Assembly: GCA_041917695.1 (NCBI GenBank)
Contig: JAYRXE010000037.1
Span: 66,155 to 130,154, forward strand
Reading direction: 5' to 3'
Length of the DNA stretch: 64,000 bases
Source of the DNA: Minisyncoccota bacterium
GTDB taxonomy: Bacteria; Patescibacteriota; Minisyncoccia; UBA6257; GWB1-50-10
The notes beneath the pieces are model-generated. The model saw only the letters and a program-made list of their open reading frames with translations. It made no database searches and was not told the DNA's origin. The position numbers were made by a program, and so were the translations under genes. Every line of letters begins with the position of its first letter. Positions within the stretch are counted from its first letter, which is position 1. This document shows, one piece after another, positions 45,822 through 54,541 of the stretch.

Positions 45822-47627
45822 ATGAGCCAGAACGCAGAACGGGACATCGTTTACTTCGGAAAGACCGATTTTCGCAATACGAATCGTCTTTTCGGCATTA
45901 AGCGCTCGGACCGCCGACAGCACATGTATGTCGTGGGGAAGACGGGAACGGGCAAGACCACCCTGCTCCACAATATGATGGTCCAGGATATCGTGAACGG
46001 CGAAGGCGTATGCGTCATCGACCCGCACGGCGAATTCGTCGAAACCCTCCTGAGGAAAATCCCGGAGGAGCGCATGGATGACGTCATTTATTTCAATCCC
46101 GCCGATAGCGACTATTTCATCGGCTTTAACGTGCTCGAGCTTCCCGACCCGAAATACAAGAACCTCGTCGCGTCGGGGCTTATGGGCATCTTTACGAAGA
46201 TATGGGCCGGAACCTGGTCCGCCCGCATGGAATATATCTTGAACAATTGCGTGCTCGCGCTCTTGGACACCCCCGGTTCAACGCTTTTGGGCATCACGCG
46301 CCTCTTGGTGGACAAGGAATACCGGCAGAAAATCGTCGCCAACGTGAAAGACCCCATCGTAAAGGCGTTTTGGGTCCATGAATACGAAGAATGGCGCGAC
46401 CAGTTCAGGAACGAGGCTATCGCCCCTATCCAAAACAAGGTGGGCCAATTCCTTTCGACCGCGCTCGTTCGGAACATCGTCGGCCAGTCGAAGAGCACTA
46501 TCAACATCTACGACATCATGAATTCGGGGAAGATATTCCTCGTGAACCTGTCGAAGGGACGCATCGGCGAAGACAATTCAGCGCTTTTGGGCGCCATGCT
46601 TATAACGAAGATGCAGCTTTCCGCCATGGAACGCGTGCGCATTCCGGAGGAGGAGCGCGTCGACTTTTTCCTCTATGTCGACGAGTTCCAGAACTTTGCC
46701 ACCGATTCCTTTGCGAACATCCTTTCCGAAGCCCGCAAATACCGCCTGGACCTCATCCTTGCCCACCAGTATATCGGCCAGCTCGTCACCGACGTGTCGA
46801 CCAAAGTGCGCGACGCGGTGTTCGGCAACGTCGGCACGATGGTTTCCTTCCGTGTCGGCGCGGCAGATGCGGAATTCCTCGAGAAGGAATTCGGTCCCGA
46901 ATTTTCCGTGCAAGACATGGTGAATATCCCGAACCGATGCGTCTACTTGAAGCTTATGGCGGACGGGGTGTCTTCGCGCCCTTTTTCGGGCGCCACCCTT
47001 CCGCCGTTCAACGGCCCGAAGGAAGCCCTTCTTCCCGAGCGCATCCTTGAGGCGTCGCGGAAGAAATATGCGCGGCCCCGGTGGCAAATCGAAGCCGAGA
47101 TCAATAAATGGAGCGGCCTCCAGACTTTGTCGGCTCCCGGCGAGGAACAGCATAGCGTCACGTGTTCGATTTGCGGAAATGAGGCGCGTGTTCCCTTCGA
47201 GCCCGAGGAAGGCCGTCCGGTCTATTGCCAGGATTGCATGCGCAAGATAAAGGCAGGGGAGCTCCAGCCGGTGCGAAGCCAGGGATTTGCATCCCGTCCC
47301 CGCGAGCGCGTTGAAAACCCGCTGGCGGACATGGGAATCGAATTTTCCCGGGAGGCATCCCGCGAAGCCCCGCCGGTCGCGCCGGTTTCACCCCGCCCGC
47401 GGCAGGAAGCGGTTTCCGATGTGCGTCGGGCGCCCGCGCGCCCGGAACGAAAGGAAGTTCCGCCCGAACGGCCGGCACCTCCCGCTCCCGGAGGCATATC
47501 GCTCGAGAGTCTTTCAAGCTATCGCTCGACTCCAAAGCGGGGCGGCGAGAAGCCGAAACCCGCTGAAGAAGTTGATGTGCTAAAAAGCGCCCTTGAGGAC
47601 GCTTTGAAGAGTCTCGGCAAGGAATAA
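45822..47627 (+). CDS. HerA/FtsK-superfamily ATPase, copy 2, with C-terminal Cys4 zinc ribbon and Pro/Arg-rich tail
   Basis: FGIKRSDRRQHMYVVGKTGTGKT, CVIDPHGEF, LYVDEFQ, ILAHQYIGQL. C-terminal CSICGNEARVPFEPEEGRPVYCQDC, then a PRP-rich low-complexity region. Confidence 0.6.
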   Translation: MSQNAERDIVYFGKTDFRNTNRLFGIKRSDRRQHMYVVGKTGTGKTTLLHNMMVQDIVNGEGVCVIDPHGEFVETLLRKIPEERMDDVIYFNPADSDYFIGFNVLELPDPKYKNLVASGLMGIFTKIWAGTWSARMEYILNNCVLALLDTPGSTLLGITRLLVDKEYRQKIVANVKDPIVKAFWVHEYEEWRDQFRNEAIAPIQNKVGQFLSTALVRNIVGQSKSTINIYDIMNSGKIFLVNLSKGRIGEDNSALLGAMLITKMQLSAMERVRIPEEERVDFFLYVDEFQNFATDSFANILSEARKYRLDLILAHQYIGQLVTDVSTKVRDAVFGNVGTMVSFRVGAADAEFLEKEFGPEFSVQDMVNIPNRCVYLKLMADGVSSRPFSGATLPPFNGPKEALLPERILEASRKKYARPRWQIEAEINKWSGLQTLSAPGEEQHSVTCSICGNEARVPFEPEEGRPVYCQDCMRKIKAGELQPVRSQGFASRPRERVENPLADMGIEFSREASREAPPVAPVSPRPRQEAVSDVRRAPARPERKEVPPERPAPPAPGGISLESLSSYRSTPKRGGEKPKPAEEVDVLKSALEDALKSLGKE

Positions 47628-47631
47628 CTCC

Positions 47632-48213
47632 CTAGGCTTTTTCAACCCGCTCAACGTACTCGCCCGTCGACGTATTGACCTTGATCACGTCGCCTTCCTC
47701 GATGAAGAGGGGGGCGTTTACTTTTCCGCCCGTCTCGATCGTAACCACTTTCGTCCCGCCTTGCGCGGTGTTTCCCTTTATCGCGGGGGGCGCTTCGGTG
47801 ACTTTGAAGTCCATTTTTATCGGCAGTTCGATGTTGATGATCTTCTCGCCGTATTTGAAAGCCTTGATTTCGGTATTCGCTTTCAAGAAGGTGTTTGCGT
47901 CTCCCACAGTCTCCTCGGTGAGTGAGAAGCGGTTTTGGGGTTTTCCCTTCTCGTGGAACCAGCATTCGCCGCGGCTCTTATAGATGAAGATGACCGGCAC
48001 CATGTCGATCTCCGCTTCGCGGAAGGTCTCGTTTTGGTGCGCGGTATAGTTTTGCACCTTTCCCGAGAGGAGGTTTTTGATCTTCAGCTGGGTGACGGGT
48101 TTCCGCTGCTGCATGCGGATAAACGCGTATTCCAAGACCTCATACGGGTCCGGATCCTCGTTTTTCGTGAAGACCGTCCCGATCTTCAGCTCGTTATATT
48201 CAAGATTCGCCAT
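47632..48213 (-). CDS. efp: elongation factor P
   Basis: Full-length EF-P pattern (KIGTVF, three OB domains, KPGKGQA-like loop region). Confidence 0.85.
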   Translation of the reverse strand: MANLEYNELKIGTVFTKNEDPDPYEVLEYAFIRMQQRKPVTQLKIKNLLSGKVQNYTAHQNETFREAEIDMVPVIFIYKSRGECWFHEKGKPQNRFSLTEETVGDANTFLKANTEIKAFKYGEKIINIELPIKMDFKVTEAPPAIKGNTAQGGTKVVTIETGGKVNAPLFIEEGDVIKVNTSTGEYVERVEKA

Positions 48214-48263
48214 ACGCTAGATTCTATTGAAAAAGGCCCGTTATTTCAACATACTAGGGCCAC

Positions 48264-49322
48264 ATGGCCGGGAAGAAGAAAACGGTATTCGTGGGGCTTT
48301 CGGGCGGCGTCGATTCCTCGGTGGCCGCCTACTTGCTCAAGAAAAAATACGAGGTCGTCGGCGTATTCATCCATTCATACAACGTGGACGGCTGCGAGGA
48401 GGAGGATGCGGAATTCGCCCGGCGCACGGCGGAGCATTTGAACGTTCCGTTCTATGTTTTCGACATGCGAGAGGAATATTTCTCGCGCGTCGTTTCCGAG
48501 ATGATAGAGGGATACCGAAAAGGGGAGACCCCGAACCCCGATATTCTCTGCAACCGCGAGATCAAGTTCGGCCTTTTCTGGGAACGCGCAAAAAAACTCG
48601 GCGCCGATTTTATCGCTACGGGGCACTACGTCCGTCTGAAGAACGGGAAGCTCTATGCGGCGAAAGACAAGAACAAGGACCAAAGCTATTTTCTCTGGAA
48701 GCTTACGGAAGGCGATTTGGAACATTGCCTCTTTCCGATTGGGGATTACACGAAACCGGCAGTGCGGGAAATCGCCCGGAAGGCGGGGCTTCCTGCCGCA
48801 CACAAAAAGGATTCCCAGGGGATCTGCTTTTTGGGGCAAGTGAAGCTCCCAGAGTTTTTGAAAAACTATATCGCGTCAAAGCCGGGGAAGATCCTCGACA
48901 CAGAGGGGCGGGAGATCGGCATGCACGACGGCGCTCAATTTTACACGATAGGGCAGCGCCATATCGGCGCCCAGGTGAAGGGGAGAAAGGGGAATGATCC
49001 CGAACGGCACTATATCGTCTCAAAAGACGCGGAAACGAATACGCTGGTCGCTGCTCCGGAGAACCACCCTTCGCTTTTCAAGGAATCGGTGGAGCTCCAT
49101 TCCGTACAGTTCGTATCAAACGGAAAGAATCCAGAGAAGGAACTCGATGTACTCGTCCGGGTGCGTTACCGCCAACCCCTTCAGAAGGCAACTCTAAAAA
49201 GAGAGAAAAAAGGCCCTTATATCCTCGCTTTTTCCAAGCCTGTGAAGTTCGTCGCCCCGGGCCAGTCGGCGGTTTTCTATTCTGTTCGAGGTGAATTATT
49301 AGGAGGAGGAGTAATCGTTTAG
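48264..49322 (+). CDS. mnmA: tRNA-specific 2-thiouridylase MnmA
   Basis: VFVGLSGGVDSSVAA PP-loop, and catalytic Cys context (GICFLG). Confidence 0.9.
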   Translation: MAGKKKTVFVGLSGGVDSSVAAYLLKKKYEVVGVFIHSYNVDGCEEEDAEFARRTAEHLNVPFYVFDMREEYFSRVVSEMIEGYRKGETPNPDILCNREIKFGLFWERAKKLGADFIATGHYVRLKNGKLYAAKDKNKDQSYFLWKLTEGDLEHCLFPIGDYTKPAVREIARKAGLPAAHKKDSQGICFLGQVKLPEFLKNYIASKPGKILDTEGREIGMHDGAQFYTIGQRHIGAQVKGRKGNDPERHYIVSKDAETNTLVAAPENHPSLFKESVELHSVQFVSNGKNPEKELDVLVRVRYRQPLQKATLKREKKGPYILAFSKPVKFVAPGQSAVFYSVRGELLGGGVIV

Positions 49323-49338
49323 AGAGTAAAATAAAAAC

Positions 49339-50760
49339 ATGCCTCCCCATGCCGCGGTGTTTTACGGGACGGTCTTTTTCCTGTGCGGCATTCTTCTCAA
49401 GAGTTTTTTCTCCGGCAGCGTGATATTCATCGTCGGAGGGGCCTTTTCCCTTGTCCTTCTCATTTTTTGGCGGCTCCGAACGGTTCCGTTCCTTGCCGTT
49501 TTTATGCCGTTCTTTCTGATTCTCGGCGCGTTTTACTATTCGTTTTACGATTCGCTGACCCGTCCGCAGGCAGTTCCTTACGGGGAAGCGCGGGAATTCA
49601 CCGCGGAGGTGGTTTCGATGCGGGAACGCGCCACCTACCGCATAGCGACATTAAAGATTCTCAATGAAAAAAATATCACTGTTTCCGCCCTCCTTCCTTC
49701 GCTTCCGCCTGCGGGCTATGGCGACACGCTTCGGCTCAAAGGGGAGATCCTTCCGCCGGAAGACCGCGCTTCAGCGCGCTATTTGCTGAAGGACAATATA
49801 TTCGGCACGATGGCTTTCCCTGAAATTTACGAGGTTTCGCGGACAAGGGAATGGCGCCCGCTGCGCTTTCTCTATGCCGCATCCGATTATGTAATTGCGT
49901 CTTTTAAGCGCGTCATGCCCGCGGACGATGCCGCCCTTATGGCCGGCCTTACCATCGGAAGCACTGATGATTTTTCCGCCGGTTTCAAGGAGGCGATGCG
50001 CCGGAGCGGCACCACGCACCTGGTTGCTCTTTCGGGGTATAACGTAACGATTATCGCCTCAGTTCTTCTGGTTTTTCTCCGATTTTTCCTCTCGCGCCGT
50101 CAGGCGCTTTTTGCAGCTCTTTTCGCCGTGCTTGTTTTCGTGCTTATGACGGGAGCGTCTCCGTCGGTCGTCCGTGCGGGACTTGCGGCCGCGCTCCTCA
50201 TTTCATTGAAGATATCGGGGCGGCTGCGTGACCCGAAGTACGTCGTCGCATTCGTTGCGCTTTTGATGGCGCTGTGGAACCCCCGCGTGGTCGCCTTCGA
50301 TGTGGGGTTCCAGCTTTCATTCGCGGCCTTGCTGGGCATCTTATACATCCTTCCCGTTCTGCGCGCCGGATTGTGGGGAAGGGACCGGAACGCGCCTTTC
50401 CTTTTCGAGTCGTTTGGAGCGGCGCTCGCCGCCCAGCTGGCTGCCGTTCCGCTTCTCCTCTTTTATTTTGGGAACGTCTATGCGAGTTCGCTTATCGCGA
50501 ATGCCGCCATCGCCATATTCATTCCTCCCACGATGGCGATTGGTTTCTTGATAGCCTTTTTCTCGCTTCTCCTGCCCCCGCTTGCCCTTCTCGGCGGATT
50601 CGTGGCCGTTCCGTTCCTCCGCGCAGAAAGCGGGATTATCGACTTTTTTTCGGAGCATGCGTTCTTGCCCGTATCTTTTTCGGTTTCAGCGGTGTACATC
50701 GGATTGTACTATGGAATCATGGCAGTGCTTTATCGATATGCACGAAAACGGTTTTTTTGA
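49339..50760 (+). CDS. comEC: ComEC/Rec2 competence-domain part (frame 1)
   Basis: Competence-domain blocks GTTHLVALSGYNVTIIA and SPSVVRAGLAAALLIS, about 10 TM helices. Ends at a TGA that directly follows a T7 run. Confidence 0.7.
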   Translation: MPPHAAVFYGTVFFLCGILLKSFFSGSVIFIVGGAFSLVLLIFWRLRTVPFLAVFMPFFLILGAFYYSFYDSLTRPQAVPYGEAREFTAEVVSMRERATYRIATLKILNEKNITVSALLPSLPPAGYGDTLRLKGEILPPEDRASARYLLKDNIFGTMAFPEIYEVSRTREWRPLRFLYAASDYVIASFKRVMPADDAALMAGLTIGSTDDFSAGFKEAMRRSGTTHLVALSGYNVTIIASVLLVFLRFFLSRRQALFAALFAVLVFVLMTGASPSVVRAGLAAALLISLKISGRLRDPKYVVAFVALLMALWNPRVVAFDVGFQLSFAALLGILYILPVLRAGLWGRDRNAPFLFESFGAALAAQLAAVPLLLFYFGNVYASSLIANAAIAIFIPPTMAIGFLIAFFSLLLPPLALLGGFVAVPFLRAESGIIDFFSEHAFLPVSFSVSAVYIGLYYGIMAVLYRYARKRFF

Positions 50761-51619
50761 GGCTCTCGCCCGTGTTGCGGAAGAAGGCGCGGCGCTTTTT
50801 TGGACCGTCGTACTTTCGCTTGCGGTTTTTTGCGTGTACGGTTTTTCATCGCTCGCCGCCGATGCATCGGGAGAATATTTCCTCAGCGTTGGGCAGGGGG
50901 ATGCGCAGGCGGTTGTATTTCCCGCAGGTTCCGTTGCATTGATTGACGGAGGTCCGCCGAACGGGCGCGCGGTTTCCGAAATCCAGCGCGTCCTTCCCTT
51001 TTGGAAGCGTTCCATCGAGGTTATCTTTGCGAGCCATCCCGACACGGACCATATCGGCGGACTTACCGAAATTATCCGCCGGTACCGGGTGGGTATCGTT
51101 TTCACGAATGGCGGCGCGAGCGAGAGCGGAGAATTTCAAGAATTCAAGCAGGCGATAGCCGACCGGAACGTCGTCGAAATGCCTCTTCGGAAAGGAGACG
51201 TGATTCGGATAGGCGGCATGTCTTTCCGCGTGTTGTGGCCGAGCGGGGAAGCCGCAAACGGGAACGATGAAGGGAACGACAAAAGTTTGGTGCTCCTTTT
51301 GGAGAGCGGTGCGCGAACGACGCTCTACACCGGAGACGCATCGGAAAAAATCGAACGTACTGTCGCTTCCGGCATCGGTCCCGTAGATATTTTGAAAGTT
51401 GGGCATCACGGTTCGAAATATTCGACCGGAGAAGCATTGCTCCTTTCGACCCGCCCCCGCGCTGCCATTATCGGAGTTGGGAAAAACCGGTACGGCCACC
51501 CCGCGCCCGAGGTGCTTTCCCGGCTTCAGGCTTTCGGAATTCCCGCGTTTCGGACCGACCGTGACGGCTCCATGCGGGTGCCTTTTGGGGCAGATATGCG
51601 CATCCTTGCCGCGGATTAG
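50738..51619 (+). CDS. comEC: ComEC metallo-beta-lactamase domain part (frame 2)
   Basis: H-x-H-x-DH-type motif ASHPDTDHIGGL and KVGHHGSKYST. Overlaps the previous ORF; removing one T at 50752-50758 fuses both into a single ComEC of about 760 aa. Confidence 0.65.
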   Translation: MHENGFFEALARVAEEGAALFWTVVLSLAVFCVYGFSSLAADASGEYFLSVGQGDAQAVVFPAGSVALIDGGPPNGRAVSEIQRVLPFWKRSIEVIFASHPDTDHIGGLTEIIRRYRVGIVFTNGGASESGEFQEFKQAIADRNVVEMPLRKGDVIRIGGMSFRVLWPSGEAANGNDEGNDKSLVLLLESGARTTLYTGDASEKIERTVASGIGPVDILKVGHHGSKYSTGEALLLSTRPRAAIIGVGKNRYGHPAPEVLSRLQAFGIPAFRTDRDGSMRVPFGADMRILAAD

Positions 51620-51643
51620 CAGACTTTCCTGATTCGGGTTAGT

Positions 51644-52012
51644 ATGGCTCATATGAGACGTTGGCCCCTAAATTCAGTCCGCATGCTCTCCGCAGAATTT
51701 CCCCGGTATGGGACGCTGGGGAGCTTTGCCGGGCTTCTTTTTTCCCTTGGCATCGCCGTATACGAATACAAAACCCTGGCGTTCCCGTTCATCGTCCGTT
51801 TCAACGAATTGCAGGGAGTTCTCCGGTTCGGGGCGCGAAGCGATCTTTTCGGATTGTGGATTGCGTTCTTCGTGGTGTGGGCGCTGAACGCTTTTCTTTC
51901 TGAAATGCTTTTCCTGCGCGAGCGCTTCCTTTCATATACCCTTGTCGCATTGAATATGTTTCTGTCGCTTGCGCTCCTTGCGTCCGTTTTTGCAATTCTT
52001 CTCGTTAATTAA
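51644..52012 (+). CDS. small membrane protein
   Basis: Hydrophobic ORF only. Confidence 0.35.
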   Translation: MAHMRRWPLNSVRMLSAEFPRYGTLGSFAGLLFSLGIAVYEYKTLAFPFIVRFNELQGVLRFGARSDLFGLWIAFFVVWALNAFLSEMLFLRERFLSYTLVALNMFLSLALLASVFAILLVN

Positions 52013-52163
52013 GCATGGAATCCCGCTTCATGAACACGTTGCTCGGGGCGTTACGCACCAATCCCGTTTTAGGTGCTTATTCACATACTAAAATGCTTTT
52101 CCAAAAACTAAGGGTCGCAACGTACGGAAATACCGCTTGCAAAGCACGCGTATATTTCCTTTC

Positions 52164-53210
52164 ATGAACGGGATGGAAACATTTCTTCTTATTCTTCTCA
52201 TTCTTATTACCGCCGGTTTCGGTCTCCTGATTTTGCATATGCTCCAAAACCGGAAGGCGCCACAGAATACGGAGGGACTTATCATTTTTCAGAACCAGCT
52301 GCGCGACGCGTTGCGGGGACTTGAACTCCAGTTTTCCGAGTATCAGCGGAACCTCCGGGAACAGACCCAGGTGTTTGCGAAAGAAATGACGGAAGTGAAG
52401 GAAACCTCGAAGCAGGTGCTTACGATTACCGACCAGCTCCGCTCTCTCGAGAAAGTCCTTACCCACCAGAAGCAGCGGGGGAATCTCGGAGAAGCCGCGC
52501 TTGAGCTCGTCATGCAGAACATCCTCCCGCCCGGTTCCTACAAGCTCCAGTATGAATTCCGGGACGGCAAACGCGCCGATGCCGTCATCTTCGCAAAGGA
52601 GGGGATGATCCCCGTGGATGCCAAGTTCCCGCTCGACAATTACGAGCGCCTGCTTCACGAAGAAGACCCGGCGCGACGCGAGGAGCTTGAGCGCATGTTC
52701 AAGAACGATTTGAAGAAGCGCATCGACGAGACGGCGCAATACATCAAGCCCGAAGAGGGGACGCTTTCGTTCGCCGTCATGTTTATTCCCGCGGAAGGCA
52801 TCTACTACGATCTGCTCGTGAACGAAGTCGGCGCGGTGAAAGTGAACACGCGGAATCTCATCGAATACGCCTACCGCGATAAGAACGTGGTCATCGTCTC
52901 GCCGACGACCTTCACTGCCTATTTGCAGGCCATTTTATACGGATTCCGGGCCTTCCAAATCGAGCGTTCGGCCGAGAAGCTTGCGAAGGGGGTGGCGACG
53001 CTCGGAAAGCACCTTGCGGCATATGAGGAGTATATGCGGAAGATCGGCGTCCAGCTGCAGACCGTTCAGAACACCTACGTAACGGCGACCAAGGAATTCG
53101 CCAAGGTTGAAAAAGACATTTTGCGCCTCACGGACTCCCAGGAAAAAACCAAGGAGGCGGAGCCGAAGAAGCCGTCCCAAAAAAGCCTGACGCTTGAGGG
53201 CGAAGAATAG
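52164..53210 (+). CDS. rmuC: DNA recombination protein RmuC
   Basis: N-terminal TM, long coiled coil, C-terminal RmuC nuclease-like domain (SFAVMFIPAEGIYYDLL). Confidence 0.75.
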   Translation: MNGMETFLLILLILITAGFGLLILHMLQNRKAPQNTEGLIIFQNQLRDALRGLELQFSEYQRNLREQTQVFAKEMTEVKETSKQVLTITDQLRSLEKVLTHQKQRGNLGEAALELVMQNILPPGSYKLQYEFRDGKRADAVIFAKEGMIPVDAKFPLDNYERLLHEEDPARREELERMFKNDLKKRIDETAQYIKPEEGTLSFAVMFIPAEGIYYDLLVNEVGAVKVNTRNLIEYAYRDKNVVIVSPTTFTAYLQAILYGFRAFQIERSAEKLAKGVATLGKHLAAYEEYMRKIGVQLQTVQNTYVTATKEFAKVEKDILRLTDSQEKTKEAEPKKPSQKSLTLEGEE

Positions 53211-54250
53211 TGAAAAAGATTCTTATTGGAGGGATCGTCGCGGTTTTAGGGATAGCGGCGTTTTTTGTTTTCCTGGGCTTTCGAAAAGCTACGGATATTC
53301 AGCTTCCGGAAATAAAGCTTCCCGAAATATCCCATGAAGAGAAACGCCCTGAAATCAAATTCATTTTCACCGGCGACGTGATGCTTTCCCGCGCGGTGGG
53401 GGACGCGATGATCGCCCGCAAAGATTTCGGCTTCCCGACGCGGAAGGTTTCCGATTTTTTCTCCGCCGCGGATTTCGTCGCGGTGAATCTTGAAGGGCCG
53501 ATGTCTTCGCGGGGGACGAACCGCGGGAGCATCTATTCGTTCCGCGCCGATCCGCGGGCGGTGGAAACCTTGAAGCTCCTTTCCGTTTCCGCCGCCTCCC
53601 TTGCCAATAACCATATGTGGGACTGGGGTCCCGATGCGCTTACGGACACCGCTTCGATCTTAGAAACGAACGGCATGATACCGGTAGGGGCGGGTGCGGA
53701 CGCCGAGTCGGCCAACGCCCTTCGCCTACGCGAGATAAAGGGCGTTCGTTTCGGGTTTCTTTCCTACACCAATCTGTATCCGAGAAACCTTGAGGCTCGC
53801 GCCGATTCTCCCGGCATCAGCTCTTTTGAGATTGCTAAAACCGCCGATGAAATACGCGCAATAAAATCTGAAGGCCGGGCCGATTTTCTCATTGTCTTCT
53901 TCCATTGGGGCGATGAATACGAGCCGCATCCCAATCAAACGCAAAAGGCCATAGCCCATGCGCTCGTCGATGCCGGCGCGGACATGATCGTGGGGACGCA
54001 TCCGCACGTTCCGCAGGATGCGGAGGTCTACAAGGATAGGTGGATATTTTACAGCTTGGGCAATTTTATTTTCGACCAAACCTTTTCTCCGGAAACCATG
54101 AAAGGCCTCGTTGCGGCGGTCGTCTTCGAAGGCGATCGCGTAAGAGAAGTGCAATTTTTTGAGAATGCGATAACGCGCGCATACCAGGTGGAATCCATTA
54201 CGCCGCTTGCTCCTCGGGAGGAGCGTCCGGGTCTTTTTGTCTTCAAATAA
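53210..54250 (+). CDS. CapA/PgsA-family metallophosphatase (poly-gamma-glutamate synthesis type)
   Basis: FTGDVMLSR, VNLEGP, NNHMWDWG, GTHPHVPQ calcineurin-like motifs. GTG start overlapping the rmuC stop. Confidence 0.7.
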   Translation: MKKILIGGIVAVLGIAAFFVFLGFRKATDIQLPEIKLPEISHEEKRPEIKFIFTGDVMLSRAVGDAMIARKDFGFPTRKVSDFFSAADFVAVNLEGPMSSRGTNRGSIYSFRADPRAVETLKLLSVSAASLANNHMWDWGPDALTDTASILETNGMIPVGAGADAESANALRLREIKGVRFGFLSYTNLYPRNLEARADSPGISSFEIAKTADEIRAIKSEGRADFLIVFFHWGDEYEPHPNQTQKAIAHALVDAGADMIVGTHPHVPQDAEVYKDRWIFYSLGNFIFDQTFSPETMKGLVAAVVFEGDRVREVQFFENAITRAYQVESITPLAPREERPGLFVFK

Positions 54251-54269
54251 GAAGGGGGCTTGATTTTTT

Positions 54270-54300
54270 AAAAATACATGCTATAATGGCTATGTGAATG
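54270..54300 (+). promoter_or_regulatory. sigma-70-like promoter (TTGATT-16 nt-TATAAT) in the capA-secA spacer
   Basis: Near-consensus -35 and -10 hexamers. Hairpin/T-run structures follow at about 54348-54375 and 54480-54517. Confidence 0.4.
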
Positions 54301-54541
54301 AAGTATGGGTCATTTATTTATAAAAGACCCCCTCCAAAACCCCTATTCAGGGGTTTTCGGTTTTTATAAGGCTTTTCTTCGGCTTCCGGGGCGGTATAAT
54401 AGACCTGCTAGGGATTGAGTACTCATTCACACCTTAGAGGTATTGGAGGTCACCGCCCTAGCGTTCAAAAATCAAGACCTCTAGGAGCAGCGCCGGGTTT
54501 TCCCGGCGCTGTTTTTTCGTGTAGAGTGGATATACCAAAGT

